From Obrimoposthia wandeli (taxonomy: Eukaryota): DNA of 58,849 nucleotides. The position numbers were made by a program, and so were the translations under genes. Below the pieces are notes generated by a model. The model was not told the origin of the DNA, searched no databases, and saw only the letters and a program-made list of their open reading frames with translations. Positions 20,387 through 29,216 of the stretch are shown here, in pieces; position 1 is the first letter of the stretch; every line of letters begins with the position of its first letter. The stretch spans positions 62,001-120,849 of the forward strand of contig CDROCS010001564.1 in the NCBI GenBank assembly GCA_977020255.1. Direction: 5' to 3'.

Positions 20387-20404
20387 TGTGAGATATATCG
20401 CACA
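20387..20404. promoter_or_regulatory. UvrY/GacA/VarA-like 18-bp inverted-repeat box, copy 1
   Basis: TGTGAGATATATCGCACA resembles the E. coli csrB UvrY box (TGTGAGAGATCTCTTACA, from recall); ~170-185 bp upstream of the predicted start. Confidence 0.6.
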
Positions 20405-20680
20405 CGCTAATCGGCTTATTTCGCACAAGTAAAAACCGGTTATTTGATGAAAAGGTAGCATAATGTAGTAACCGCATGTATCTGAGACTTACTGGGAAAA
20501 TTAACAATATTGGGATTTGCCAGTTTCATACCGTATGGATATCAATAATGTGAGCCTACGTTGAAGCAGATGCGTTAGGTTTTTGATTAGAAATACAGTT
20601 AGCGGAATATTTTTAGAAATTTAAATAGAATCGAAAGAGAGAAGGTAAAAAGAGGAAGTAGTACATTATTCTAATCCGTT

Positions 20681-20824
20681 AGAAAATAAGACGGGGAGAA
20701 CATCCTGTTCAACCCGTCTCAGCACCCTAGCAGCCATCCAATGGCTAACATTCTTCCTTGAAGCAGTCCGTGGCAATATTGTTATCCTTAACCGTTACAT
20801 CCTGTAACGCTGCCGTCCTTGTGG
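20681..20824 (-). ncRNA. CsrB/RsmY/RsmZ-like sRNA, copy 2 (ends approximate)
   Basis: Same seven GGA motifs and terminator; about three differences from copy 1, one turning a U-G pair into C-G. Confidence 0.8.
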
Positions 20825-20915
20825 GATTAAAGTTAGCAGAATGTAAAAAAGTGAAAAGGATGTATTTGATAATATTATCTGGCATGTTAATCCTATAAAT
20901 ATAAATATCCTTTAA

Positions 20916-20928
20916 AATCAATAACTTA
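20916..20928. promoter_or_regulatory. IHF site upstream of sRNA copy 2
   Basis: AATCAA-TAAC-TTA matches WATCAANNNNTTR. Confidence 0.6.
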
Positions 20929-20992
20929 ATATAAATATCAGTAGTTTTCGGCTAATCGAGTTAAGCAATTAGAGGGATATTCCCACTCGCCG

Positions 20993-21010
20993 CGTGAGAT
21001 ATATCGCACA
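20993..21010. promoter_or_regulatory. UvrY/GacA-like box, copy 2
   Basis: CGTGAGATATATCGCACA, 17/18 identical to the copy 1 box. Confidence 0.6.
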
Positions 21011-21102
21011 TGGTATGAGGCTTATTTCTTACAGGTAAAAAACGGTTGTTTTATGAAAGTTGACCATAATGTAGTAACAGCATGTATTTAAGGCACTACT
21101 GA

Positions 21103-21927
21103 GTGAATTCATTATATTGTTATTTAGCATCTGAAGGTCTCGTTTTTCTTAAACGCGGCTATTTACCGCTCATGATGCCAGCGCAATTACCTGAGCCTTG
21201 GTTACAAGATGGAAGCTGTTATCAAGCCATCAGTAAACCGACGTTATCGGCACAAGACTTTCGTCATTACTTGCAGCAGCAATATAAAAAGCTGCCGGAT
21301 CATTTACGTGAAATGGTTAATTTTGAGTATTTTGAAAAGCAGTCTCAAGGCCAACGCGCGAAAATAGAGCAATCTATGTTGGCACAAAATCAGTCGCTGC
21401 AAAGTGTGCAGCCTTTCTCATTAAAGCGAGTTAAAGACTGGCGCATATTATCGCTATTCAATCATTGGGATAGTGTGTCTTTATGGCATCGAAATGCCGC
21501 TGCTGGGCAAGGACTCGTTATAGAGTTTAATGTTGCAGAAAGTGGTTTTCAAACATCATCTTATAACGATCAAGCTCAGCACCTAGCGCCTGTTCAAGCA
21601 ACAGATAGCTGGCAGCCATTGGATGACCTGTATTATTTTTTTAATCGCCCTGAAGCTTTCGCTATGAGCAATGCAGATGTTGAATGGCGTCTATTGCGGA
21701 ATGTTAAGGCTGCAGATCGAATTATTGCGGTACAAAATGCAGAGCGAGCAATGTATCGGCTGCCGGCAAAATCAGTTAAGCGAATTATATTGGGCTATCG
21801 TTGCTCGACTGAATATTGCCTACAGGTGAAGACGTATCTTAGTCAGGATATTAATTACCGTCATGTAGCTTGCTTACAAGCTCAATTGGATCCAAGCACC
21901 CTGCGCTTACAGCAGGTCGCTATTTAA
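21103..21927 (+). CDS. Hypothetical protein, divergent DUF2971-like
   Basis: SLWHRNAAAGQGLVIEF, EWRLL and KRIILGYRC loosely match DUF2971 blocks. Confidence 0.5.
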   Translation: MNSLYCYLASEGLVFLKRGYLPLMMPAQLPEPWLQDGSCYQAISKPTLSAQDFRHYLQQQYKKLPDHLREMVNFEYFEKQSQGQRAKIEQSMLAQNQSLQSVQPFSLKRVKDWRILSLFNHWDSVSLWHRNAAAGQGLVIEFNVAESGFQTSSYNDQAQHLAPVQATDSWQPLDDLYYFFNRPEAFAMSNADVEWRLLRNVKAADRIIAVQNAERAMYRLPAKSVKRIILGYRCSTEYCLQVKTYLSQDINYRHVACLQAQLDPSTLRLQQVAI

Positions 21928-21943
21928 CTCAGTAAGGTGTTCG

Positions 21944-22666
21944 CTATCTAAAGCGCTTCCCTGAGGCATTAACCCTTCTTGAAAACTCTTGCGGATCAGC
22001 CAGTTCGCCTTCTTCATCGGTTTCCGGATACTCCCAGCCTAGATCTTTACAGATGCGGGCATACAGGGGATGACTCCATTTAAATAATAAATGCTCATAT
22101 TCATCATTCGGGATGCGGCACTTATCGAACATGCCTTTCAATGAGCGCTGACGCTCTGCTTCGCTTAATAATAAGGCGGCAGCGACGGATACATTGAAAG
22201 ATTGAACCATGCCTAGCATTGGAATTGTTAGGTGCTCATCGGCCATCTCTGCGGCAACATCAGTAACCCCAGTCAATTCATTACCCATCATAATGGCGGT
22301 GGGCTGAGTGAAGTCGTATGCTCGAAAATCAATCGCGCGTTCGCTGAAATTAGCGATACACACTTTGAATCCCTGTCCTTGAAGCTGATTAACAGCATCT
22401 TCTGTGGTGCGATACGTCTCTACATCAACCCACTGCTGGCTGCCTTTGGCTTTACCGCGAAAAGTTCGGTAATCGTCATAAGGCCAAATCGCATGAACCT
22501 TGGGTACGGCAAATGCGTCGCAGGTGCGAATAATGGCGGATAAATTGTGGGCTTTATGGACTTCATCGGTAACCACAGTTAAGTCAGGCTGACGACGGTT
22601 CAGAGTATCTTTAAGGCGCGCATAGCGTTCTGGTGTCATGGAATAAGCCTTTTCGCTAGCCATCAT
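21944..22666 (-). CDS. trmH: tRNA Gm18 2'-O-methyltransferase (SpoU family)
   Basis: RRQPDLTVV...HNLSAIIRTCDA; MGNELTGV; IPMLGMVQSFNVSVA. Confidence 0.93.
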   Translation of the reverse strand: MMASEKAYSMTPERYARLKDTLNRRQPDLTVVTDEVHKAHNLSAIIRTCDAFAVPKVHAIWPYDDYRTFRGKAKGSQQWVDVETYRTTEDAVNQLQGQGFKVCIANFSERAIDFRAYDFTQPTAIMMGNELTGVTDVAAEMADEHLTIPMLGMVQSFNVSVAAALLLSEAERQRSLKGMFDKCRIPNDEYEHLLFKWSHPLYARICKDLGWEYPETDEEGELADPQEFSRRVNASGKRFR

Positions 22667-22723
22667 TACGGCAGGTATTGTATAAAAGAGCGCGATTTTA
22701 GCGATTAGAGCAATAAAAAGGAA

Positions 22724-23464
22724 ATGAATATGCGCGGCAACCCCCTACTTGGCATTCGGTATTTTGGCCGAGGCTTTGCTTTGTTATCAAATAAAGGCTT
22801 AAAACGCTTCGTGGCTTTTCCTATTTTGATTAATGCCCTACTGATGAGCGCGCTCATATATTTTGGTGGTGGCTATCTATTGGAGCAAATTCAATGGGTC
22901 GTGGATTGGTTCCCAAGTTGGTTATCTTGGCTTACGTGGATCATCACCCCTGTGGCCGCGCTGACGTTGATTTCCATCACCTTGTATTTTTTTAGCGCAA
23001 TATTAAACCTTGTGGCCAGTCCTTTTAATGGTTTATTGAGTGAAGCGGTAGAAACTAAAATTACCGGTGCAGATATTCCTGAAGAGCCGATCGCTCAACA
23101 GGTATCACGGACCTTGTTACGTGAAGTGAAAAAGCTGGGGTATTTCATTCCTCGCTATCTAGGGCTGTTGGTGATCAGTTTTATTCCGGTGGTTAATATC
23201 GTGAGTCCAGTACTTTGGTTTGTGTTTGGTGCATGGATGCTAACCCTTCAATATCTTGATTATGCCCTCGATAATAACGGCCATAGTTTTGCCGACTTAC
23301 ATCAGGCACTGAAGCTTCAACCCTTAACTACACTGGGTTTTGGTTTTATCGTTGCGGTTGGCTTCATGATTCCAGTGGTGAATCTGTTTGTAATGCCGGC
23401 AGCGGTATGTGGTGCAACGCTCTATTGGAGCGAGCAAATAAAAGATGAATTCAAACCTACCTAA
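22724..23464 (+). CDS. cysZ: Sulfate transporter CysZ
   Basis: LNLVASPFNGLLSEAVE; LQYLDYALDN; IPVVNLFVMPAAVCGAT. Confidence 0.92.
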   Translation: MNMRGNPLLGIRYFGRGFALLSNKGLKRFVAFPILINALLMSALIYFGGGYLLEQIQWVVDWFPSWLSWLTWIITPVAALTLISITLYFFSAILNLVASPFNGLLSEAVETKITGADIPEEPIAQQVSRTLLREVKKLGYFIPRYLGLLVISFIPVVNIVSPVLWFVFGAWMLTLQYLDYALDNNGHSFADLHQALKLQPLTTLGFGFIVAVGFMIPVVNLFVMPAAVCGATLYWSEQIKDEFKPT

Positions 23465-23516
23465 GGACTACATTAGGCTATGCTAAAAAGAGTATTAGCT
23501 TAATTTAGGGGGTGCG

Positions 23517-24425
23517 ATGAAGGCGCTCAATGTACTGGTTGTGGATGACGCGGCATTTATCCGCGACTTAATCAAAAAAGCGATGCGGGATAACTATCCA
23601 AGTTTCAAAATTCATGAAGCGATGGATGGCCGTAAAGCTCAAGGTGTTCTGAAAAGTAATCCTATTGATCTTGTTCTGTGTGACTGGGAAATGCCCGAGA
23701 TGTCGGGCCTCGAGTTGATCACTTGGATGCGGTCTGAAGAACGCTATGCAAAAACACCGTTTATGATGATTACCAGCCGCGGCGAGCGTGATCATGTGAT
23801 TAAAGCGGTGACGGCGGGAGTCAGTGATTATATTGGCAAGCCATTCACGCGAGAAAACTTTTTAGCTAAGGTAAATAAACTATTAACCAAGCACTTGGGC
23901 CTTTCAGCGAAAGATGCTCAGCAAGCATCAACTCAGCCCCTAGATGCAAGTGTTTCTGCGTTAACGGGCGGTTCTGCGCCGCCGCAAGTAAAACCTGCGG
24001 CCAAGCCAGTAAGTCAAAGCTCTGCATCGGCATTGATGGGAAATCCGCTAGTCGCTCAGGCTGAGCAGTCTGTTAAACCGGCAGTAAAACCAACGGCTAA
24101 GAGTGGGGCAAAAGCAAAAGGCATAGCAGAACTACGCTTTGGCTCGGGAGGAAGCGCGAAGTGCGTTATTAAAGACATTAACTTGCAGGAAATGTCGGGT
24201 GTCTTTAAGCGTGACGGAGACATTCCTCAGCTGCTAGAGCAAGCAGTATTAGACATAGTTGATCAAGAAGCAGGTCAGGTAGCGCGCATTAATTGCTATG
24301 TGCGCATGTTACAAGCGATTGAAAATAATGCTGATGCGGAGACGATCAAGATCGTCATCCGCTATGTCGATGATGATCCTGTCAAGCTGGACACCTTATC
24401 CCGTTTTATCGCCAAAGTGCGCTAG
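23517..24425 (+). CDS. Response regulator: receiver domain, A/P/K-rich linker, PilZ-like C-terminal domain
   Basis: VVDD, LCDWEMP and KPF receiver motifs; C-terminal beta-rich segment CVIKDINLQE...RYVDDDP. Confidence 0.8.
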   Translation: MKALNVLVVDDAAFIRDLIKKAMRDNYPSFKIHEAMDGRKAQGVLKSNPIDLVLCDWEMPEMSGLELITWMRSEERYAKTPFMMITSRGERDHVIKAVTAGVSDYIGKPFTRENFLAKVNKLLTKHLGLSAKDAQQASTQPLDASVSALTGGSAPPQVKPAAKPVSQSSASALMGNPLVAQAEQSVKPAVKPTAKSGAKAKGIAELRFGSGGSAKCVIKDINLQEMSGVFKRDGDIPQLLEQAVLDIVDQEAGQVARINCYVRMLQAIENNADAETIKIVIRYVDDDPVKLDTLSRFIAKVR

Positions 24426-24445
24426 CGTGTCTGATTAAGGAGCTA

Positions 24446-25144
24446 CTAAGCAATTTTGGTAGAAAACCGATAACCCGTGCCTCGAACAGTTTGGATAAGG
24501 TGTTCGTGAGCACTGCCTAACGCTTTACGTAGCCTCCTAATGTGCACATCAACGGTTCTTTCTTCAACATACACATTACCACCCCATACTTGATCTAAAA
24601 GCTGTGTCCGCGAATACGCGCGCTCTTGGTGCGTCATAAAGAATTGTAATAAACGGTACTCCGTAGGACCTATATCCACAGGGTTCTGGCTAGCGGTAAC
24701 ACGGTGGCAGGCAGGATCAAGAATTAAACCTTCGACTTCAATAGCTTCTTCAATGCCCAAAGGTGTTGCTCTACGTAGCACGGCTTTTAAGCGTGAAACG
24801 AGCTCTCTTGGAGAAAAGGGTTTGGTTATGTAGTCATCAGCGCCGGAATCAAGGCCTTGGACTTTATTATCTTCTTCACCTTTGGCGGTTAATAAAATAA
24901 TAGGCATTTCTTTGGTGAGGTCATCGCGCTTTAAGCGACGAGTAAACTCAAGGCCGCTTGTGCCGGGTAACATCCAATCGAGAAGAATCATGTCAGGTTT
25001 ACTATCAATTATACTGGCATGGGCGTCCTGACAGTTACTGGCTTCTATACAATGATAGCCCGCCATCTCTAAGGCAACGGCGATCATTTCACGAATAGCG
25101 GCTTCATCATCAACGATTAATACGGTCTTGCCAGGTATAGTCAT
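24446..25144 (-). CDS. phoB: Phosphate regulon response regulator
   Basis: LLDWMLPGTSG, LTAKGEEDNKVQGL, WGGNVYVEERTVDVHIRRLRK; pho box upstream. Confidence 0.96.
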   Translation of the reverse strand: MTIPGKTVLIVDDEAAIREMIAVALEMAGYHCIEASNCQDAHASIIDSKPDMILLDWMLPGTSGLEFTRRLKRDDLTKEMPIILLTAKGEEDNKVQGLDSGADDYITKPFSPRELVSRLKAVLRRATPLGIEEAIEVEGLILDPACHRVTASQNPVDIGPTEYRLLQFFMTHQERAYSRTQLLDQVWGGNVYVEERTVDVHIRRLRKALGSAHEHLIQTVRGTGYRFSTKIA

Positions 25145-25199
25145 AGGCTGGTCGTCACATTGCTGTCATAAATTGAGAGCTTTATTACAACCGAACTTT

Positions 25200-25217
25200 G
25201 TTACAGCTATATGACAA
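25200..25217 (-). promoter_or_regulatory. Pho box in the phoB promoter
   Basis: Minus strand TTGTCAT-ATAG-CTGTAAC matches CTGTCAT-N4-CTGTCAY. Confidence 0.8.
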
Positions 25218-25266
25218 AGTCAGACTAAATCGATATTTCGATCGATCTACTACTTATTGCCTATAT

Positions 25267-26163
25267 CTACAGATAGGCGAGCATAAGGCCTATCCATACA
25301 GCAAGACCGACCCAGTGGCTGTTAATAAAGCCGGCAAAGCAGCCCGCTTTGTCACGTGCACGAATGAGCCAATGTTGGTAAATCATTAAGCCGATGGCGA
25401 TAGCTAATCCAAGATAATAGAAAGCATTTAACGCAAGCTCTGAACCGAGCAAAAATAAACAGAAAATGGTGATGCTTTGTAAAATCCCAATCATTACTTT
25501 ATCGGCATCGGCAAAGAGAATAGCTGTCGATTTGACCCCGATTTTGATGTCATCATCACGGTCGACCATGGCGTACATAGTATCGTAAGCAACCGTCCAA
25601 CTCAGGTTAGCCATATAAATTAACCAGAGATATTTAGGCAATTCATCGGCTTGAGCGGCAAAAGCCATAGGAATCGCCCAAGAAAAAGCGGCTCCTAAAA
25701 AAACTTGAGGTAGGTGAGTATGACGCTTCATAAAGGGGTAAATGGCGGCTAGCGCAGCGCCTGCAAAAGACAGCTGTATCGTGAGGGTATTGGTGAACAG
25801 TACCAGTAAAAAGGAGGTGGCTAATAAGCCAAAGAACAAAAGAAGGGCTTGCTTGCTGGTTACCGTGCCAGTGATAAGCGGGCGGTTCACGGTGCGGCTT
25901 ACATGACCATCGACTTTACGGTCGGCATAATCATTAATGACGCAGCCTGCTGAGCGCATAAATATGACACCTAAGGTGAAAATTAGCAGGACGGAAAAGT
26001 CAGGGACTCCTTTAGCAGCGACCCAGAGTGCCCATAGAGTTGGCCATAATAAAAGATAGATACCTACCGGTTTGTTAAGGCGCATTAATTCGATAAACGG
26101 TTGTATTTTTGGCCAGTATTCGGCAATAACGGGTTGTTTTAGCAAGTTCTGAATAGGTGTCAT
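25267..26163 (-). CDS. ubiA: 4-hydroxybenzoate polyprenyltransferase
   Basis: LMRLNKPVGIYLLLWP; NDYADRKVDGHVSRT; YDTMYAMVDRDDD. Confidence 0.97.
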   Translation of the reverse strand: MTPIQNLLKQPVIAEYWPKIQPFIELMRLNKPVGIYLLLWPTLWALWVAAKGVPDFSVLLIFTLGVIFMRSAGCVINDYADRKVDGHVSRTVNRPLITGTVTSKQALLLFFGLLATSFLLVLFTNTLTIQLSFAGAALAAIYPFMKRHTHLPQVFLGAAFSWAIPMAFAAQADELPKYLWLIYMANLSWTVAYDTMYAMVDRDDDIKIGVKSTAILFADADKVMIGILQSITIFCLFLLGSELALNAFYYLGLAIAIGLMIYQHWLIRARDKAGCFAGFINSHWVGLAVWIGLMLAYL

Positions 26164-26191
26164 GGTAGTTCTTTTTCTGTTATTCAGTGGG

Positions 26192-26770
26192 TTATTGTGT
26201 GGGAAGAGGTTGAGTAAACGCTTCTGTTACGAGTATGGGTTTTTCTTGTAAATAGAATACTGAACGCCGAGCCCAAGACAAAGATAGTTCATTATTGGGG
26301 ATACGATAAGCACTCATTTTGCCACGACGCATACGTGGGTGATTGAATAAGTAAGCACCTAGGGGCTTATTACCTAAGTTTTTCAACTGACTTTCGTGTC
26401 CTGTTAAGGTGCTTTTAGGCATGCAGGTTCGTGCATAAACACGAGCTTCGCCTTTTATCTTAAGCGCGACATCACGACACCAGGCAACGTTGTTGTTATG
26501 GGTGCAGTTTAATAGCAGCGCTTCTTGTTGACTCATCTTTCGCCACCCTTGCCATAAGACTTGAACAGAGAAATCGCCATCGCTAATGGCGATGAGTTGA
26601 GCCGTTAAAGAGCCCGTATCAAATAATGTATTACGCCAGTCTAAGGGAATGGTGAAGTATTCACGCTTATTCCGCGAAGACCACAATGGAAAAGATTGTG
26701 ATAAATATTGGCTGATAATGGACTGATGTTTCATGGCGCGGAGCATGGATGAAAAGTAGATCAAAGGCAA
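26192..26770 (-). CDS. ubiC: Chorismate pyruvate-lyase (start uncertain)
   Basis: LFDTGSLTAQL; VYART; LGNKPLGAYLF; WARRSVF...ILVTEAF; upstream of ubiA. Confidence 0.9.
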   Translation of the reverse strand: MPLIYFSSMLRAMKHQSIISQYLSQSFPLWSSRNKREYFTIPLDWRNTLFDTGSLTAQLIAISDGDFSVQVLWQGWRKMSQQEALLLNCTHNNNVAWCRDVALKIKGEARVYARTCMPKSTLTGHESQLKNLGNKPLGAYLFNHPRMRRGKMSAYRIPNNELSLSWARRSVFYLQEKPILVTEAFTQPLPTQ

Positions 26771-26863
26771 GATTCCTAATCATTTGGGTTGATTTTTTAG
26801 CCGATGAACAGTAGGTTACGCCTGCTTTAACAGCGATATCATAAACAGAAGAGAGTTGTTCTG

Positions 26864-27028
26864 ATGAAAAAGTGGGAATGTGTAGTTTGTGGTTGGGTAT
26901 ACGATGAAGAAGAAGGTTGCCCAGAAGAAGGTTTAGCGCCAGGTACTGCTTGGGCTGATGTGCCTGATGATTTTATCTGCCCAGACTGTGGCGTAGGTAA
27001 AGACGATTTTGAAATGGTCGAGATTTAA
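26864..27028 (+). CDS. rubA: Rubredoxin, 54 aa (absent from the ORF track)
   Basis: MKKWECVVCGWVYDEEEGCPEEGLAPGTAWADVPDDFICPDCGVGKDDFEMVEI; two CXXCG motifs. Confidence 0.97.
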   Translation: MKKWECVVCGWVYDEEEGCPEEGLAPGTAWADVPDDFICPDCGVGKDDFEMVEI

Positions 27029-27077
27029 TCTCAGCTTTTTCCAGTAAACCACTCCACCGATACGAAGATAATAAATT

Positions 27078-28229
27078 ATGTCTCAAGCCAATGCCCCTGT
27101 GATTGTAATCGGAACAGGTTTAGCGGGTTATAACCTCGCTAAAGAATTCCGCAAACATGATGCTGAAACCCCTGTATTGATGATTACCGCTGACGATGGC
27201 AGTAATTATTCAAAGCCGATGTTATCCACAGGTTTTACTAAGGGTAAAAGCGCGAGTGACTTGGCGATGGCAGATGCGGGTAAAATGGCTGAGCAGTTGA
27301 ATGTCACCATTCGTACCAATACTCGAGTAACGGGCATTGACGCTGAAGCACATAAAGTCTTTATCGGAGAGGAGCCCGTTGAATACAGCAAACTTGTACT
27401 TGCTTGGGGTGCAGAGCCGGTTGCTGTGCGTATTGAAGGTAATGCTGGCGAACATATTTTTGCCATCAATGATCTACAAGATTACGCGAACTTCCGCGCT
27501 GAATTAGACGGTAAAAAGCGCGTATTGATGATGGGTGCTGGCCTTATTGGGTGTGAATACGCCAACGATTTAACCAACGGTGGTTATGAAGTTGAAGTCG
27601 TTGCGCCAAGCAGTCAGATTTTACCGAACCTATTACCTGAAAAAGCGGCAGTGGCAGTGCAGCATGGGTTAGAAGGCTTAGGGGTTAAGTTTCACTTAGG
27701 TCCTTTGGTGACTCGAGTAAACCAAGCTGATAAAGGCTTAGTGGCTGATTTATCGAATGGCGAGAAAATTGAAACAGATATTATTGTCTCGGCAATTGGT
27801 CTTCGACCTCGTTTAGATTTGGCGGTTAAAGCCGGCTTGCAAGTGAATCAAGGCATCTGTGTTGATCGTTTGTTGCAGACCACAGAAGCGGATATCTATG
27901 CTTTGGGAGATTGCGCTGAAGTTGAAGGTAAGGTTCTTTTATACGTAATGCCTCTAATGGCGAGTGCTCGTGCTTTGGCTAAAACCTTGGCTGGCCAGCC
28001 AACGGAAGTCAGTTATGGTGTGATGCCGGTTGCTGTTAAAACCCCTGTAGTTCCTGTCGTTGTATCACCTCCTGCAATGGACGGACAATGGGAAGTTGAA
28101 AGTAATGGTGTTGATGTAAAAGCCTTATGTCGAGATGATGAGGGCGTATTATTAGGGTATGCTCTCACCGGAGCCTGCGTTGCTGATAAATTAGCACTTA
28201 ATAAAGAGCTGCCAGCTATCTTGAAATAG
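27078..28229 (+). CDS. rubB: Rubredoxin-NAD+ reductase
   Basis: IGTGLAG; YSKPMLS; [13 protein letters not shown]; GDCAE...LYVMPL; follows rubredoxin. Confidence 0.93.
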   Translation: MSQANAPVIVIGTGLAGYNLAKEFRKHDAETPVLMITADDGSNYSKPMLSTGFTKGKSASDLAMADAGKMAEQLNVTIRTNTRVTGIDAEAHKVFIGEEPVEYSKLVLAWGAEPVAVRIEGNAGEHIFAINDLQDYANFRAELDGKKRVLMMGAGLIGCEYANDLTNGGYEVEVVAPSSQILPNLLPEKAAVAVQHGLEGLGVKFHLGPLVTRVNQADKGLVADLSNGEKIETDIIVSAIGLRPRLDLAVKAGLQVNQGICVDRLLQTTEADIYALGDCAEVEGKVLLYVMPLMASARALAKTLAGQPTEVSYGVMPVAVKTPVVPVVVSPPAMDGQWEVESNGVDVKALCRDDEGVLLGYALTGACVADKLALNKELPAILK

Positions 28230-28263
28230 CTTATATAAGAAAACAAAAATTAAGGATTAAGAC

Positions 28264-28536
28264 ATGCGTAAACCTGAACTAGCCGCTGCGATTGCAGAAG
28301 AAACTGGTCTAACTAAAGAAAAATCAAGTGAAGTGATTACCGTTATTACTGATCTAATCGGTAAGACATTGAGCGAAGACGATACCGTTAGCTTGATTGG
28401 TTTTGGTACTTTTAGCCGTCGTTCACGCGCTGAACGTAAAGGTAAAAATCCTCAAACAGGTGCTGAGTTAATTATTCCTGCGAGTAATACCGCTGCATTT
28501 AAGCCAGGTAAAGGGCTGAAGGAAAAAGTTCAATAA
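28264..28536 (+). CDS. HU-family DNA-binding protein
   Basis: MRKPEL...GFGTF...RKGKNPQTG...FKPGKGLKE. Confidence 0.93.
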   Translation: MRKPELAAAIAEETGLTKEKSSEVITVITDLIGKTLSEDDTVSLIGFGTFSRRSRAERKGKNPQTGAELIIPASNTAAFKPGKGLKEKVQ

Positions 28537-28538
28537 TC

Positions 28539-29135
28539 GTGACTGACTCTGTATTGAATGACGCAGTTGCTGATGAAGCACTGTCGAACAAAGCTTTAAC
28601 CCATTTATGGGTAAAAAAGCTGGTGGTGGGGGAAGGACTTTGTCCTTTCGCTCATCCAGTTATGGAAAAACTCCATATCGAAGAATGTACAAGCGAAGAT
28701 TTAGAGAAAGTAACTCGTGCATTTTTGTCGCTGCTGAATGAAATGCAGTTAGCAGACGATGACGACCTGCCAACGGCATTGTTTATTGTCACTGCGGCCT
28801 TAGCGGACTTTGATGACTACCTCGACTGGTTATTCTTATGCGAAGACTTGTTAGAACAATCGGGTCTTGAAGGCGATATTCAGCTAGCCAGTTTTCATCC
28901 TCATTACGAGTTTGAAGGTGAAGAGGCTGAGGCAATGACAAATTATTCTAATCGCTCGCCCTTTCCTATGATTCACTTCATTCGAGAAAACCACATTAGT
29001 GAAGCGTTAAAAACGGTGACTAAGCCAGAAGCGATTCCTGAGCGTAATAAACGTCACATGCAGCGTTTAGGCAAAGAAGGGTTATTGAACTTGATGCCTG
29101 AGTTGGCGGATAGTGCAATTTTTGTGAAAAAGTAA
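28539..29135 (+). CDS. DUF1415-family protein
   Basis: VVGEGLCPFA; QLASFHPHY; NRSPFPMIHFIRE. Confidence 0.85.
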   Translation: MTDSVLNDAVADEALSNKALTHLWVKKLVVGEGLCPFAHPVMEKLHIEECTSEDLEKVTRAFLSLLNEMQLADDDDLPTALFIVTAALADFDDYLDWLFLCEDLLEQSGLEGDIQLASFHPHYEFEGEEAEAMTNYSNRSPFPMIHFIRENHISEALKTVTKPEAIPERNKRHMQRLGKEGLLNLMPELADSAIFVKK

Positions 29136-29216
29136 GCAAGTATTGTTCAATAACTTGCCGATTATTAGATGCAATTCGATTAGATACTAACTGATTAGAA
29201 ATAAGGTAAATATTAT

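Larger units (their letters stand above)
20040..20495. repeat. Direct repeat copy 1 (~455 bp; partner at ~20645-21100)
   Basis: Near-identical for the first ~210 bp, then patchy identity; offset about 605-606 bp. Confidence 0.95.
20645..21100. repeat. Direct repeat copy 2
   Basis: Aligns by eye with 20040-20495. Confidence 0.95.

Noticed and set aside
20262-20507. 81-aa - strand ORF
   Set aside because: Ile/Asn-rich product of AT-rich promoter DNA; the frame is not preserved in repeat copy 2
20076-20824. sRNAs as CrcZ/CrcY-type, given crc in the window
   Set aside because: Motifs are loop GGA, not unpaired AANAANAA, and no sigma54 promoter is evident
20040-21100. Direct repeats as a CRISPR array or IS ends
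   Set aside because: Only two ~455-bp units; no short repeat-spacer periodicity, cas genes or transposase
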